Assembly (NCBI GenBank): GCA_000165345.1
Contig: CM000434.1
Location: 832,001 to 896,000 of the forward strand
DNA length: 64,000 bases
Direction of reading: 5' to 3'
The notes beneath the pieces are model-generated. The model searched no databases. It was not told the DNA's origin and was given only the letters and a program-made list of their open reading frames with translations. Positions 21,601 to 31,711 of the stretch are shown one piece after another. Positions within the stretch are counted from its first letter, which is position 1. Each line of letters begins with the position of its first letter. The position numbers were made by a program, and so were the translations under genes.

Positions 21601-24600
21601 ATAGTCATATTCACTAATTAGGAAAAGTATCGTGAATAAGTAAATTAATGAAATAATTTGTATGAAGAAGAATAAGTATTTGATAATAGACTGAAGATTT
21701 GTATTTTTTTGAGAGTTTTTTTGCTTAAAATAATTCATTGGAGCATTCAACAAATTACTCTTTGTAGTTTTAATAGTATTCATAGACTTTTTATCCTTAA
21801 TATTTTCTTTTAAAGAGTTATCCTTATAAATATACCAAGGTGATGTGAAAATTAAAGACAATGCCAACAATACTGAATCAATGACTTTTCCTGATGCAGA
21901 TACTGGGAAAATTTCTGCAAAATCTCTTAATCTAAATACAGAATATGGCAATGTATTTAAAAAAGCTTTTCTCGTATATTTGAGAATATTTTTTGTTAAT
22001 AACTGAATTGATGATTTTGACTTAAAATTTGAATTTTGGCTTTCATTAGTTACACCCGATATTCCTCTTTTTTTTTCTTTTTTATTTTGTCTGATTAACC
22101 CACTTTTTGTTTTTTTATTTGAATTTATTTTCTTTTTAATCTTTTCCTTACTCCAATCGTTTATCATGTTTTTGATATAAAAGACTTTGAGATATGATAT
22201 AATTGCCCAAAGTAATATGTAAATTATAGATGTCAATAGAATTGCAGAAGAAACTCGAATAGCTGATGGAATTATATGATTATGAGGACTTGTATTTAAT
22301 AAAGTAATGAATTTTGCTTTTTTAGCCAATAGTTCTTCAAACGTAGTATATGAACTTGATTTATCACAGATTGGATGTTTATTCATCATTCCATAAAGTT
22401 TACTTCTACTTATTAAGGGACCTAAATCAGTAACATTAGCTTTAGCTGGTATTTCTGGTATGTAACCAAGATGAATTTTTTGATAATCACTATTTAGACT
22501 TGGAATATAACATTCAGTTTTTTCACCAATACATTGAGAATCTATCAGCAATGTACTGGATGGATCAAATTCATGTTCATGATCTTGACTAAAAATCATG
22601 GGTACCCATAAGACCTCTTTTATTTGCATAATATTACAAATGTTTGGTAGCTCTATTAAGCAGTTACCCAAATATGTATTTATTCCCATTTTTTTATCCA
22701 TCTTTTTATATAATGCATCAATTCCAGTTTCATGTGTAGGTGTTGTTTCCATATTATCTTGACCAAAATAGTCAAAGTCGTCCAATATTCCTTGTATCTT
22801 CTCATTTAAATTGTTGCTTTGAGTATTTTCAATAGCATCATTAATATTTAGATTCTCTAATCTGTTTTTAAGAGTATGAAGTCCTTGAATCTTTGAAAAA
22901 TCCACGTTCTTTCCTAAGAAGAGTTCAGCTTCATTATTTCTTGGATAATTACAGGTGGAGTTCTGTAAAATTTTGATAATATGTTCAAAACTACTGGAAC
23001 GTACAAATTTGGTCATTTCTGGAGACAATAATTGTTTTACTAGATTGATAGCTTCTCCTAAAGAATCAGTTTTTCGATATTCTGTTTTAGTCTTTGATAA
23101 ATTAACTAATTCATCATTTTTGTCAGTATAATTTTGGAAAAGTTTAGTCTTTTGAGAAAAAATGGTGTCAAAGTTACTAAAAATAGATTCATATTCTCCG
23201 CTAGTATCGTGTTGAGAAATATGATCATCTTCTTCAAAATAACCTCTTCTCATTTCACTTCTCACAAAATTCATTTGTTCTTCAAGTTCATTCTGCTCGT
23301 CCAGCTCATTCTGTTTTTCCACTTCCTTATTGTTTTCAGTAAAATCAAATTGATACTGCAAAAAGAAATCGCGACTAAATTCTGGATTAGAGTAAATACT
23401 ACCTTCAACGGAACTACTGCTCTTTACTTTCTCATTAAAAGTAGTATTTTCTAGCTTTACTGAAACATTTACATCTCTTCCATTTGAATCAGAAGCTGTC
23501 AAACTTTCATTAATATACTGGAAGATTTTATTGTGTTCAATACTATTAATTTTAGCCAAATTATCTAGCTCAGTCTCATCTGAATCAGTCTCTGAATTAG
23601 AATCAATTTCACGAATTTCTCCTTCAATACCATTCGAAAGAATAATAATTCTAACCAAAAGTGTAACGGGAATAGCCATCAAATCATCTAAATTTGGAAA
23701 TTCTGGAGGTAATGAACCCAATAATCTGGAAGCAACTTGGATACTCACTTCTGATGAGTAATCAAGACTTGAAAGTACTTCTGATAGTGTCTGGACTCTT
23801 CCTAAAAGAATATTTCGAATAATATCATCCTTTCCTAAAATTGTTGCAGTAATAAGAGCATGCTGTAATGCATGAATACACCAAAAGCTTTGTAACATTG
23901 CCTCCCTTAATATTGACTGTAATACCACTTTTGACGTATAATTTTTATTTAATAAAAGTAGTAATGATAAGATCGAAATTGAATTATCATACTCTGAAGT
24001 ACCTATAATAGGTATCGATCGTGGTGTAGGAATTGAGTACCTTTTTAAAGGCTTACAAAAACATCTCACGACAAATGAACTGACGTGGAAGTCTATGGCT
24101 GGTGATGAGAGATATTCAACAATTTTATGTTCACCTGTAATATCGTTTCCTGAGCTAACCGCAAGTTCGTACCAAAGAGTTGTATTGGTTTTTGGATTTT
24201 GAAACATAAGCATTTCCTCGAGAATTTGGAACTTAGGCAACTTATTGTTATTGTTTCCAGAAAATTTGAACTCATTAATTTGATCAAACTCTTCAAACAT
24301 TTTAAAAGATTTTTTACTGCTAATAGTTGGTTTATATAAAAGTGAATTTTCTTTATTAAGTTCTCTGCTCTCTTTTAACATCAATTCCTCCTGATAATTG
24401 ATTTTGTAAATAAGGTGGCCAATAGGAAGGTTCCCATATATATCAGGTTCATGAAGTTCGCAAAGTTCAAAATCCAATACCCCAGTATTAGTCTGAAACT
24501 TGTAGAAACTAACCAAAATCCTAATCAGATCTTCATCTCCAAGATGAGCCATCCACCAAAGCAAGTTCCGGCCTTCATTATCCCTAACAATGCATATATC

Positions 24601-25593
24601 CTTGTTATATGCCTTGATTTCTGGGAGTAATAGAGAAAAGATGACTTTTTTATCAAATCCTCTTTTAATTGCAGTAATAATACGAAGAATTTTATCCTTT
24701 GCATTGGCCAACTTTCTGTTAATTTCGGAAAGAGTTGAATTTAAAGGTAACTTTTCATTACTGGAAATATACTCGTTATCAATATTATTCCTCACAATAT
24801 ACTTGGAAAAGGAGGAATGTTCAATTAATTTATTTAATAACTTTTTGTTTCCTGACTCAATAATAAACGAAATCGCATCTTTTCCTTCAAGGGTTAAATC
24901 AGTCATAGATGCTCCGTAGTCCAAAAGCAACTCCAAGAATTCCTCGGTATTTGTTGACATTCCGTCTTTTAATAAGAAATAAAATGGGGTTAGCCCATTT
25001 CTGTCTGGAATATTTGGGTTTGATCCACATTTTAACAGAAAATGAGTCATCCTCAAATTCTTTGAGATTACACTGTAAAATAATGGAGACAAATCCCTAT
25101 TATCTGAGTAATCAATATTGGCTCCGTTAAGTAATAATAATGCCACTAATGGTAAGTTGCTTCTTTGAACAGCATTAATCAATGGACTGATTCCATTCGC
25201 ACCAACTATGTTTACATCTGCTCCATGTTCTATCAAATATAACGAGATAGTATAGGAAATATATCCATTTTGTCTAGTTGAAATGAGTAAGGCAGTTTCT
25301 CCTGTTGAATTAGAAATTGAATTAATATTATTAACGCATAACCTATCAAGCATAGCAGTGATTGCCTCAAGATCCTGTAGCCTAATACTTTCATGGAATT
25401 CATCCACTAAATCAAGACATTCTTCTGTGTAAGCAATATCTTTTTGGCATTCACAGTTATTTTTCTGGATTACATTTACCAATGAATCTGAAATACTGTT
25501 TAATGGGCAACCAATAGGAAATATTTGTTTGGTTCCTATGCAAAACAATATCTTAAACGTTAAAAGAAAAATTGAACATAGATAAATCTTCAT
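18601..25593 (-). CDS. Giant (2330 aa) ankyrin-repeat multi-pass membrane protein, function unknown
   Basis: It is a single uninterrupted ORF starting at an ATG with a signal-like N-terminus, MKIYLCSIFLLTFKILFCIG. N-terminal ANK repeats are present (ETALLISTRQNGY..HGADVNIVGANGISPLINAVQRSNLPLVALLLLNGANIDYSDNRDLSPLFYSV..NGLTPFYFLL). It has long Asn/Ser low-complexity tracts and at least 8 hydrophobic helices in the C-terminal two-thirds. Confidence 0.65.
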   Translation of the reverse strand: MKIYLCSIFLLTFKILFCIGTKQIFPIGCPLNSISDSLVNVIQKNNCECQKDIAYTEECLDLVDEFHESIRLQDLEAITAMLDRLCVNNINSISNSTGETALLISTRQNGYISYTISLYLIEHGADVNIVGANGISPLINAVQRSNLPLVALLLLNGANIDYSDNRDLSPLFYSVISKNLRMTHFLLKCGSNPNIPDRNGLTPFYFLLKDGMSTNTEEFLELLLDYGASMTDLTLEGKDAISFIIESGNKKLLNKLIEHSSFSKYIVRNNIDNEYISSNEKLPLNSTLSEINRKLANAKDKILRIITAIKRGFDKKVIFSLLLPEIKAYNKDICIVRDNEGRNLLWWMAHLGDEDLIRILVSFYKFQTNTGVLDFELCELHEPDIYGNLPIGHLIYKINYQEELMLKESRELNKENSLLYKPTISSKKSFKMFEEFDQINEFKFSGNNNNKLPKFQILEEMLMFQNPKTNTTLWYELAVSSGNDITGEHKIVEYLSSPAIDFHVSSFVVRCFCKPLKRYSIPTPRSIPIIGTSEYDNSISILSLLLLLNKNYTSKVVLQSILREAMLQSFWCIHALQHALITATILGKDDIIRNILLGRVQTLSEVLSSLDYSSEVSIQVASRLLGSLPPEFPNLDDLMAIPVTLLVRIIILSNGIEGEIREIDSNSETDSDETELDNLAKINSIEHNKIFQYINESLTASDSNGRDVNVSVKLENTTFNEKVKSSSSVEGSIYSNPEFSRDFFLQYQFDFTENNKEVEKQNELDEQNELEEQMNFVRSEMRRGYFEEDDHISQHDTSGEYESIFSNFDTIFSQKTKLFQNYTDKNDELVNLSKTKTEYRKTDSLGEAINLVKQLLSPEMTKFVRSSSFEHIIKILQNSTCNYPRNNEAELFLGKNVDFSKIQGLHTLKNRLENLNINDAIENTQSNNLNEKIQGILDDFDYFGQDNMETTPTHETGIDALYKKMDKKMGINTYLGNCLIELPNICNIMQIKEVLWVPMIFSQDHEHEFDPSSTLLIDSQCIGEKTECYIPSLNSDYQKIHLGYIPEIPAKANVTDLGPLISRSKLYGMMNKHPICDKSSSYTTFEELLAKKAKFITLLNTSPHNHIIPSAIRVSSAILLTSIIYILLWAIISYLKVFYIKNMINDWSKEKIKKKINSNKKTKSGLIRQNKKEKKRGISGVTNESQNSNFKSKSSIQLLTKNILKYTRKAFLNTLPYSVFRLRDFAEIFPVSASGKVIDSVLLALSLIFTSPWYIYKDNSLKENIKDKKSMNTIKTTKSNLLNAPMNYFKQKNSQKNTNLQSIIKYLFFFIQIISLIYLFTILFLISEYDYIWFLIGVIITATLCSSVRIYYTHEFVSNYCNKYFCGFSKEYYLYNYYYYKKSVENRKNIRNIYSNLLNCAMNSSTLIKNNYFSHNNNNEYDYDFDCDKSDIDKNSNNKINSEVPILDNQIEISPNMLIPQKLSSQKLSSRNKSHMDLIPELHAQVHHRFGGSFISELNNSQSGSSFSTSNYYINTKASHSYSNEVNGCSVTSQPDSSSNFSSPNTARFNLLGVSSSNVTTFGSRSYSRFTSYSSSSSKYFENNNFADDENLSSSESNEDTNSLGSDLESITKKNDDDKYINRIKLNPNHSKVNKVKVMKKSSVKVKKSSTGGEYICLPDLLSITSTISNDTSSGDKYLRTPWIQNYNSKIESNDINIAFDINSSKSSSFGLVNDKFCSTLSGPAIRITRSNTANKRFKSVLSNYCNRIKNTQQIYQSDTNISSKTSIYINSKRQKKIPSINDNFNNFIKSNNQVKRSIRLRKIRNIISSAEDNLSCDNIRTNIGNVVTNNQIHKPLYRLVDEVSYNTPYEYFNVVITCKIISCIVAMSSNISITLFKSNSYLIRDSTLYFLYNKSPITVYIIECIFTYWISNLIFEILKGLIILLFFVKQRKRLCIVLVQHIPTQFKYSNVQEFIQIVSYWRSAIQHILYKNTKLWTSFLNASVSINTLIFFCIGKIMLVAIYNKKNRIYNNRVSDLSSSTMLSKNPSSNQNLNGLSASGSTNIVRGSFDKDISRILTTSPNIIGGGISTNLLNELNSRSIGDHFMNNFFKTGSFSTNKNQFMDSISNIDYILNSNNEDNYNMNKYNDISSMIDLNDHYYTNIPGEGTNNFINNINLMRSIRSGMNNNDNNPVISHSTLTYSNLASISNIKTSALSFMLTIPQYATSYLSYQGTIPSSSENNMINTYSNCETIFLTMGIVMFIFSSYVIRLLYQINRTSVRTHSWLQNILHRTPPGAGIYIVIEKVLLVINSTPPLLKICGFDITEKLSGFCLYIFTPLAILTFFKFTT

Positions 25594-26180
25594 CTTTATA
25601 ATTCACCTTGATAACTTCAAGTTCATTAAATTTTCATATTATTTGCAGTTTATCTTAATCCAATTTAAATAGTAAATTATCTCATTAATCAGACTTGGAC
25701 TCTGCCTATGAGTTTATTACTTTATTTGATTTCTGAATAACTCTATCGGTGTGTTCAGTTTAATGTTATTGAATTTATTTCAATAGTGTCATTTCAAAGT
25801 TCTGGCACCTAGCTCCTTATAATAGCAAGCTGTATTAATCTTTTTGAAAATGTCTTATTAATTACTGCTGAAATACTAATAACCCGTTTTATTCAACTAA
25901 ATTACCTTATTAAAATTAAATTTCTTTCCTATTTCATTTATTAACATCGCCTTCACCATTAAACTCCCCCCATGTCGGTACCATAAAATAGCAATTTTTC
26001 CGCTCATTAATTGTAAAATTAATTTGCCCACATTAATTTGACAAAAAATTTCAAATCTTTAAATTAATTTACCATTTTTTGTTTTTAATTTAATTTCTTT
26101 AATAATTTTTTTTTTAACCTTTTTAACCCAAAACAATACAATTGCAATATAAATTGTCCACATTGAAAAAAAAAATTTAT

Positions 26181-26284
26181 TGCATGCATGCAATTTACAC
26201 GTAAGATTAAAAAAAGTGTGCATGTGGATGAATAACAATTGAACGAAGCTAATACCGGTATGTGAATTTTACATATTTACGTGG
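26181..26284. promoter_or_regulatory. Motif cluster TGCATGCATGCA, ACACGTAAG, ACCGGT, TACGTGGG upstream of the giant ankyrin gene
   Basis: TGCATGCATGCA is at 26181..26192 and ACCGGT at 26254..26259. ACGTG elements are at about 26199 and about 26279. Confidence 0.35.
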
Positions 26285-26338
26285 GAGAAAAAAAATTATT
26301 TGGAGAAAAAATAAATTATAAAATTAATATTTTAAAAG

Positions 26339-27562
26339 CTAACTATCCCATTGAAAATGGTCAGCAATTGTTAAGAAAACTTCAATAACAAGATCATCAG
26401 GGTTGTTTGACCCAATTCCACTTTTACTATTTGAAGTACTCGACTTGTTCTTATTAGTCGTTTTTGTGATTCTGGCAGAACCATCGGAAAGTCTTTTTGG
26501 CTTGCCGCCCGAAAGAGATGAATCATGCTGTTCTGAAGATTTATTGCCTAAATCTTTATCTTCTTTTCCTGAATTAGCATCAATTGACTTTTTGACATTA
26601 ATTGAGCTACCCCAAGATGCATAGAGTTGGTGCCATATCCTATGTCTTAGAATAGTCCCTGTGTTTACAAGATACTCAATTCTGGAAAGTTTGAAAACAC
26701 CATTTCCCTTCTCAGTAAGCATTTTTATTGACTTTAAAAACTCATAGAAATACATTGCAAGACGGTATCTTGTTAACTGCCTACTCCCTCTTATTAATTC
26801 ATCATCCATAACTTCCAGATGCATAAAATATTGCCTCACAAACCTAACAATATCAATCTCATCAAAAAAGACCTTTGATTGTCCTTTTATTTCTAATCTT
26901 GTATCGCATGTGTGTGGCTGAGGATGCTGGTGATCACAGAAGACTATATGTTCAGCTAAAAGTTTATCTAAAGTCACCACAACATGAGACTTCATTTGAT
27001 CTACAGAAACTGGTAATAACTTGTGATTATGTTTTAGAGCTGCAACTATTGGACTATATTTGAATCTATTAAGAGGTAAATTTCTTCCAGCTTCCAAAAA
27101 GAAAAATCTTATTGCTGCAAACCAGAAATCCATTGTCATTCTAGTTAGTGGAACATTAAAGAAATAGCAATTCTTTAAAGAATATCTAATATAGCCATCA
27201 CAATATCTATTTAACATCTTGCAAACAAGCCTCAATTCTAACAAATATTTATCTTCTACAAAATCAAACAAATTTCTTTTTGCTCTAAGACTCAGCTTTG
27301 AAAATACTTCCAACAATGTTACATTTACTATTGTTATTTCACGCTTTATTACAGGTTTTACTTCTTCTTTTACTTCATTATTTTTATCAGAATTTCCAAC
27401 CAATTTTTTTTCTTCGTTATTCTCATTATCGCTAGAGTGTTTACTTTCATTTCTGTCTAATTCATCTTCGCTTGTATTTGAGCTGCCACTGTTGGATCTC
27501 TCATTGCTACTTTCCTCATTTAATATAGAATTCCAGTTTACTACAAACTCTGATCTTACCAT
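26339..27562 (-). CDS. Hypothetical protein (possible F-box-like N-terminal motif)
   Basis: The 407-aa ORF starts at an ATG. It has Ser/Asn/Glu-rich termini. The segment VTLLEVFSKLSLRAKRNLFDFV...LRLVCKMLNRY resembles the F-box spacing L..E.L..IFS.L....L......VCK.W. There is no other recognised domain. Confidence 0.45.
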   Translation of the reverse strand: MVRSEFVVNWNSILNEESSNERSNSGSSNTSEDELDRNESKHSSDNENNEEKKLVGNSDKNNEVKEEVKPVIKREITIVNVTLLEVFSKLSLRAKRNLFDFVEDKYLLELRLVCKMLNRYCDGYIRYSLKNCYFFNVPLTRMTMDFWFAAIRFFFLEAGRNLPLNRFKYSPIVAALKHNHKLLPVSVDQMKSHVVVTLDKLLAEHIVFCDHQHPQPHTCDTRLEIKGQSKVFFDEIDIVRFVRQYFMHLEVMDDELIRGSRQLTRYRLAMYFYEFLKSIKMLTEKGNGVFKLSRIEYLVNTGTILRHRIWHQLYASWGSSINVKKSIDANSGKEDKDLGNKSSEQHDSSLSGGKPKRLSDGSARITKTTNKNKSSTSNSKSGIGSNNPDDLVIEVFLTIADHFQWDS

Positions 27563-27752
27563 TCCTTATCTCCTCTCCAATAATTAATTTTTTTTTAAAT
27601 TCGTCTTTTTTTCATTATTATATATTTAGACGCTGTGTGAACACACGGCAATTTCCATCTAAATCCTCTAACACTAAGAAAAAAAAAAGAGGCAAGGCAT
27701 TTTTTTTCAATATTAACCTGCAAGCTAACCATTTTCCTAATTATAACTAACG

Positions 27753-28393
27753 TTAAATCTCCTCTCCACTTTCCTCTGTATCAATATCGCTTATATTCAT
27801 TCCATTATCATCCACAATGTATGATTGCATCTTGCAATTTTCCAATGGTGCTTTTTGAATATTCATTATCTATATAAAGAAAAATTAATTAAAACAATAA
27901 ATTTTTTCGAAATTATTAATAAAAACTCTCAATAATCACTTACCTTCTCGACTAAAGAATAGTCACCTTTCGAACATTGGTCGTACATTTCACAAATCAA
28001 CTCAGCGACCTCCAAATCACTATCATCTTCTACAATAGTAGAAAATCTTGTTTCCATTGCTTCCATTAAGAAATTTGCCAAATTATTCGAATTTACCTTC
28101 CTTCCTATAAATTATTAAAAGTTAATTTTTCAATGATTTTTTCCCACCTCTAGTAATAAAGAGTAACAGACGTTTCTACCTACCTGATTGAAAAGACATT
28201 ATTACTTCCTGAATTAATTCTTCACGCTTCTTATTTGCAAACCTGCCTGACCATCCTCCTTCTACTGAAAGGTTCAAAATAGTCCTTAAAATTGTTACTA
28301 TTGATCAAGAATAACATTACAGAACTCAACTCACCATGTGGAAAATACTTGGTTGACTCCTTGTACAAAAACTTGAAAACGTTGTGAGTCCAT
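27753..28393 (-). CDS. TSR2: Pre-rRNA-processing protein TSR2 homolog (eS26 chaperone family), multi-exon; exons 28458..28335, 28264..28184, 28104..27944, 27869..27753; 5-prime end unresolved
   Basis: This gene is absent from the ORF track. Four exons are joined by introns of 70, 79 and 74 nt with GTGAGT, GTAGGT and GTAAGT donors, YAG acceptors and consistent phases. The product reads ...NVFKFLYKESTKYFPHVEGGWSGRFANKKREELIQEVIMSFQSGRKVNSNNLANFLMEAMETRFSTIVEDDSDLEVAELICEMYDQCSKGDYSLVEKIMN... and ends in an acidic tail. The central blocks match the TSR2 core as I remember it (AVENSWGG, FDTVVEDGS). The only ATG (28393..28391) lies in a different frame from the spliced downstream frame. Confidence 0.55.
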
Positions 28394-28556
28394 TGGAATA
28401 TTAAAGCGAGAAAAAATCTTAAAATAATACTAAATGGTCTATATTGTAAATATTCAAGCTATAATTTAGAAAGTTTAAATAAATTATACTTATTCTTCAC
28501 TAATTCTTATATACCTTTTTTTTACCTATTATCTCTCAAATATTTAAAAAAGACTG

Positions 28557-28654
28557 TTGGCGCCTCTTTGTCGAAAAAGTCATGCACAGGTATATGCAAT
28601 ACTTTTGCATGTAGCTATATAAAATGTCATGCACTCATGTGGATAACACGTAAT
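28557..28654. promoter_or_regulatory. E2F-like TTGGCGCC plus four GCATG/CATGCA elements and ACACGTAAT, upstream of TSR2
   Basis: TTGGCGCC is at 28557..28564. CATGCAC, TGCATGTAGC and GTCATGCACTCATGTGG lie in 28581..28642, and ACACGTAAT is at 28646..28654. Confidence 0.35.
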
Positions 28655-28726
28655 AAATGAAAATAATAATAGTGAAAGTTAAGAATGAGTGCTTGAATCA
28701 TTATAAAAAATGAGCTTGGAATCTAT

Positions 28727-29359
28727 TTAATTTTTCTCTAAATAATTAGAGATAATTTCTAATTCAGCTTGGCAGTTATAGCAATTAAATTTCTCAATTT
28801 TGTGAATTTCATCCAGAACTTTGTTATCAAATGGAGTTGACGAATTGTTTGGATATTTCTTATTCGAATCTATTAGCTTCTGCTGAACAAATTCATCAAT
28901 ATTATTTGCGATTATGCAAGTAAAGCTCAAAATAAAGTCATAATTCGATTTAATTAAAGTACAAAGTTTCAAAGAATTATGTAATACTTGGACTCTTTTA
29001 ATACTTGTTATTTTAGAATCTTTATCAGAATTATAATGATTAAAAGTTGAGTACTCATCATTAATCCATTTAATTGTTTTTTCAAGATTTGAAAAATGTT
29101 CTTTAAAAAACTGATTAACATAACTACGTAATTCTGAAGATAAATTTTTGATTCTAGTGGTAAGATCATTTATTATATTAAATCTGCTTGATTGAAGAGT
29201 TTCTTCTGAAGTTTGATTACAAATAATATCATTGGAGAAATGCAGCTCAAGAGTTGCAAGTAAATGAGATATGGCATTAACGGATCTCTGTATATACTTC
29301 GAAAGTGTATTCCAACCTTTCCCAATTTGGTGAGCTATTTCTATGTAAGTTTCCTTCAT
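28727..29359 (-). CDS. Hypothetical protein (210 aa)
   Basis: It is an ATG-initiated ORF with helical character and no motif I recognise. Its 3-prime end abuts the TSR2 promoter region. Confidence 0.45.
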   Translation of the reverse strand: MKETYIEIAHQIGKGWNTLSKYIQRSVNAISHLLATLELHFSNDIICNQTSEETLQSSRFNIINDLTTRIKNLSSELRSYVNQFFKEHFSNLEKTIKWINDEYSTFNHYNSDKDSKITSIKRVQVLHNSLKLCTLIKSNYDFILSFTCIIANNIDEFVQQKLIDSNKKYPNNSSTPFDNKVLDEIHKIEKFNCYNCQAELEIISNYLEKN

Positions 29360-29977
29360 TTTTTCCTATCTGTAATAAGCTACCCTCTCACAAGATAAGA
29401 AAATTGGCAATATAGAAATACTTTGGATCAAGGCAACTATTGGAAACTGGAATAAGTGAATATTTACAAATAAAAATTCAAGTCAAGTCCCCACATTCAC
29501 CCAACAAACTTGAATCAATGCAGAATGTGCTCCATGGAGTAAATATGATAATCTCAATTGCTATAAATTCAACATCAGACAAATCTAAATTGCTCAAGAA
29601 AAAATAAAGCTTATTTTATTCACCTACTATACAAATTTAATTAACCCAATTATATCTTTGTGTTAATATATAATATTTATATTATTATATGGCGACCCTT
29701 TGTTGAGACAAGACGTGCGAGCCCTTAGCACACTAGTAACACGCAGTCTTAATATGAATTTGTATAGATCTTTAAATGGTAATCTGTTGATGAGGGGAAA
29801 GGTCTGAATTTGAAGGTATTAAAAAATTAATCAGTTAAAAAAAAGGTCATGTCAAATTGAGGAGGTAAAGACAAGTAATATTTGCACGAAGGAAAATATC
29901 GAATAAAACTGAGGGTAATTAACCTTGGTGATCTATAAATTATATTAATTAAGTAAATTAATTTAATATAGTTAAAG

Positions 29978-31711
29978 ATGACTACAGTTAGCGAAGCAGT
30001 GAGAAATAGCTGGATGCATATCTTTTCTTTTGACAGTGCTATTCCTAGAAGTAACCAAAGGGAAACGATTGGGGAAGTTTTAAAAGAAATTAATCGCATA
30101 AAGGATGAAATGCAAACATTGCATTTAAGGTTTTCTGACATTGAGCAGGGCAAATTAGACATATTATCAATTGAAAATGTAGAATCTCAATTTGAGAAAC
30201 TTAAACAGCAACTTCAGTTACATACTCTTTTAATCAGCGAGTTAAGAAAGTATCATACTGAAATAGAAGATTTGAAGAATAAGGAAGAATATAGAACTCA
30301 AGAAGAGAGAGAATTGAAGAATGAAATTAGGAAGTTAAAAAGTGATTTCCATTTATTATCCGAGACTGTTAATAGCAGAAATTCAATTCAAAACTCTAAT
30401 ATTCCAAGTATTATATCAAAACTAGAAGGTTTACAGATAGAATTTGATTCTTTAAATAATAGAATGATTAAGAATGAGAAAACTAAGGCTGAAGTTGAAT
30501 CATTAAAAAGAGATGTTGAAAATTTATCAATTATGAAGAAGTCATATGATGATCAGAGTTTTATTATTAAACAAATGAAAGAAGATATTCACTCAATTCA
30601 ATCGGTAATACAAGAAGACATTCCTCAACTCAAAAACGAAATTCAAAGAAAGATGAACAAAACTATACAAGCTACTAATGAGCTTAAGGAAAACTTTGGG
30701 GAGCTTAAGGATCAATTTAAACAGATTACTGAAGAAAGAAGACATGATCACAATGTAATTACTCAATTAGCAACCCAAGCAGAGCAGCTAAGAATACAGA
30801 TACAAACAATAAAGATGAGTCAAAAAGACAGTTCATCTAGTAAAATGAGGCAAGAGGAATTGGTGAATCAATGTGTGAAAAATATCGCAAAATTGGCGGA
30901 AAGTGTTAACAACCTTCAAGAAAAAATTTCCAATCATCTTATCGGATTATCTATCGCAAAGTCTAATAATAGTTTTTCAGTTGTTGGGTCAAAAAGTAAT
31001 TCGCATATTAAAACTCCAATCGTAATTAACAAAACTACTCCAAAAGGTAATTACTATGAAGTAGCAACCAATGGAAGTGAAAACTATAAAAGAATGTCTA
31101 GCAAGTCAAAGAACTCACCAAGAAGTCATAATAAATATACAGGCAATCATTTCACTCTTCCTGATACTCCCTCAACCCAAGCTCCCCCAGTTTTATCATC
31201 CAGTTCTGTGGGAAGACTTAGTTCATTCTTTGGTAACAGAGAGTTGAGTGGAATTGCAAGCTCAAGTAGTCTTACCTCAAGTAACTACATTGAAAGTAGC
31301 AATATTGATAGTGCCAATAATAGTAGACCAACTACAAACAATACTTGTGATCAAGAAGATGATATTATCACGCCTTCAACTATTGAAGAGGAAAGAATTA
31401 TTACAAAAAGAAGAGTATCAACAGATGGATTTTTGCAGGATTGTAGTTTAAAGCACTCTTCCACTAGCTTCCTAGAGATCAAAAGCAGTGTGAACTCTTC
31501 TGAAGAAACCAACTGTACAACTTCTAGTGAAAATTTCTTAATTAGAAATACTCTTCATCCAAGAAGTGATTTAGTTATGATGTCTACATTAACTGAGTCC
31601 AATTCAAAGTTATCATCAAGTATCACCACTCCAAAAAAGTCGGGAGATAGATCCAAGACTACGAGTTGCAATGGCAATCATGCTATATCTGACTTTCTGA
31701 GTCATTTTTAA
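29978..31711 (+). CDS. Coiled-coil protein with Ser-rich C-terminal tail
   Basis: The 577-aa ORF starts at an ATG. The first 330 aa or so are strongly heptad-periodic and rich in K, E, L and Q. The C-terminal 240 aa are Ser/Thr/Asn low complexity. Confidence 0.55.
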   Translation: MTTVSEAVRNSWMHIFSFDSAIPRSNQRETIGEVLKEINRIKDEMQTLHLRFSDIEQGKLDILSIENVESQFEKLKQQLQLHTLLISELRKYHTEIEDLKNKEEYRTQEERELKNEIRKLKSDFHLLSETVNSRNSIQNSNIPSIISKLEGLQIEFDSLNNRMIKNEKTKAEVESLKRDVENLSIMKKSYDDQSFIIKQMKEDIHSIQSVIQEDIPQLKNEIQRKMNKTIQATNELKENFGELKDQFKQITEERRHDHNVITQLATQAEQLRIQIQTIKMSQKDSSSSKMRQEELVNQCVKNIAKLAESVNNLQEKISNHLIGLSIAKSNNSFSVVGSKSNSHIKTPIVINKTTPKGNYYEVATNGSENYKRMSSKSKNSPRSHNKYTGNHFTLPDTPSTQAPPVLSSSSVGRLSSFFGNRELSGIASSSSLTSSNYIESSNIDSANNSRPTTNNTCDQEDDIITPSTIEEERIITKRRVSTDGFLQDCSLKHSSTSFLEIKSSVNSSEETNCTTSSENFLIRNTLHPRSDLVMMSTLTESNSKLSSSITTPKKSGDRSKTTSCNGNHAISDFLSHF

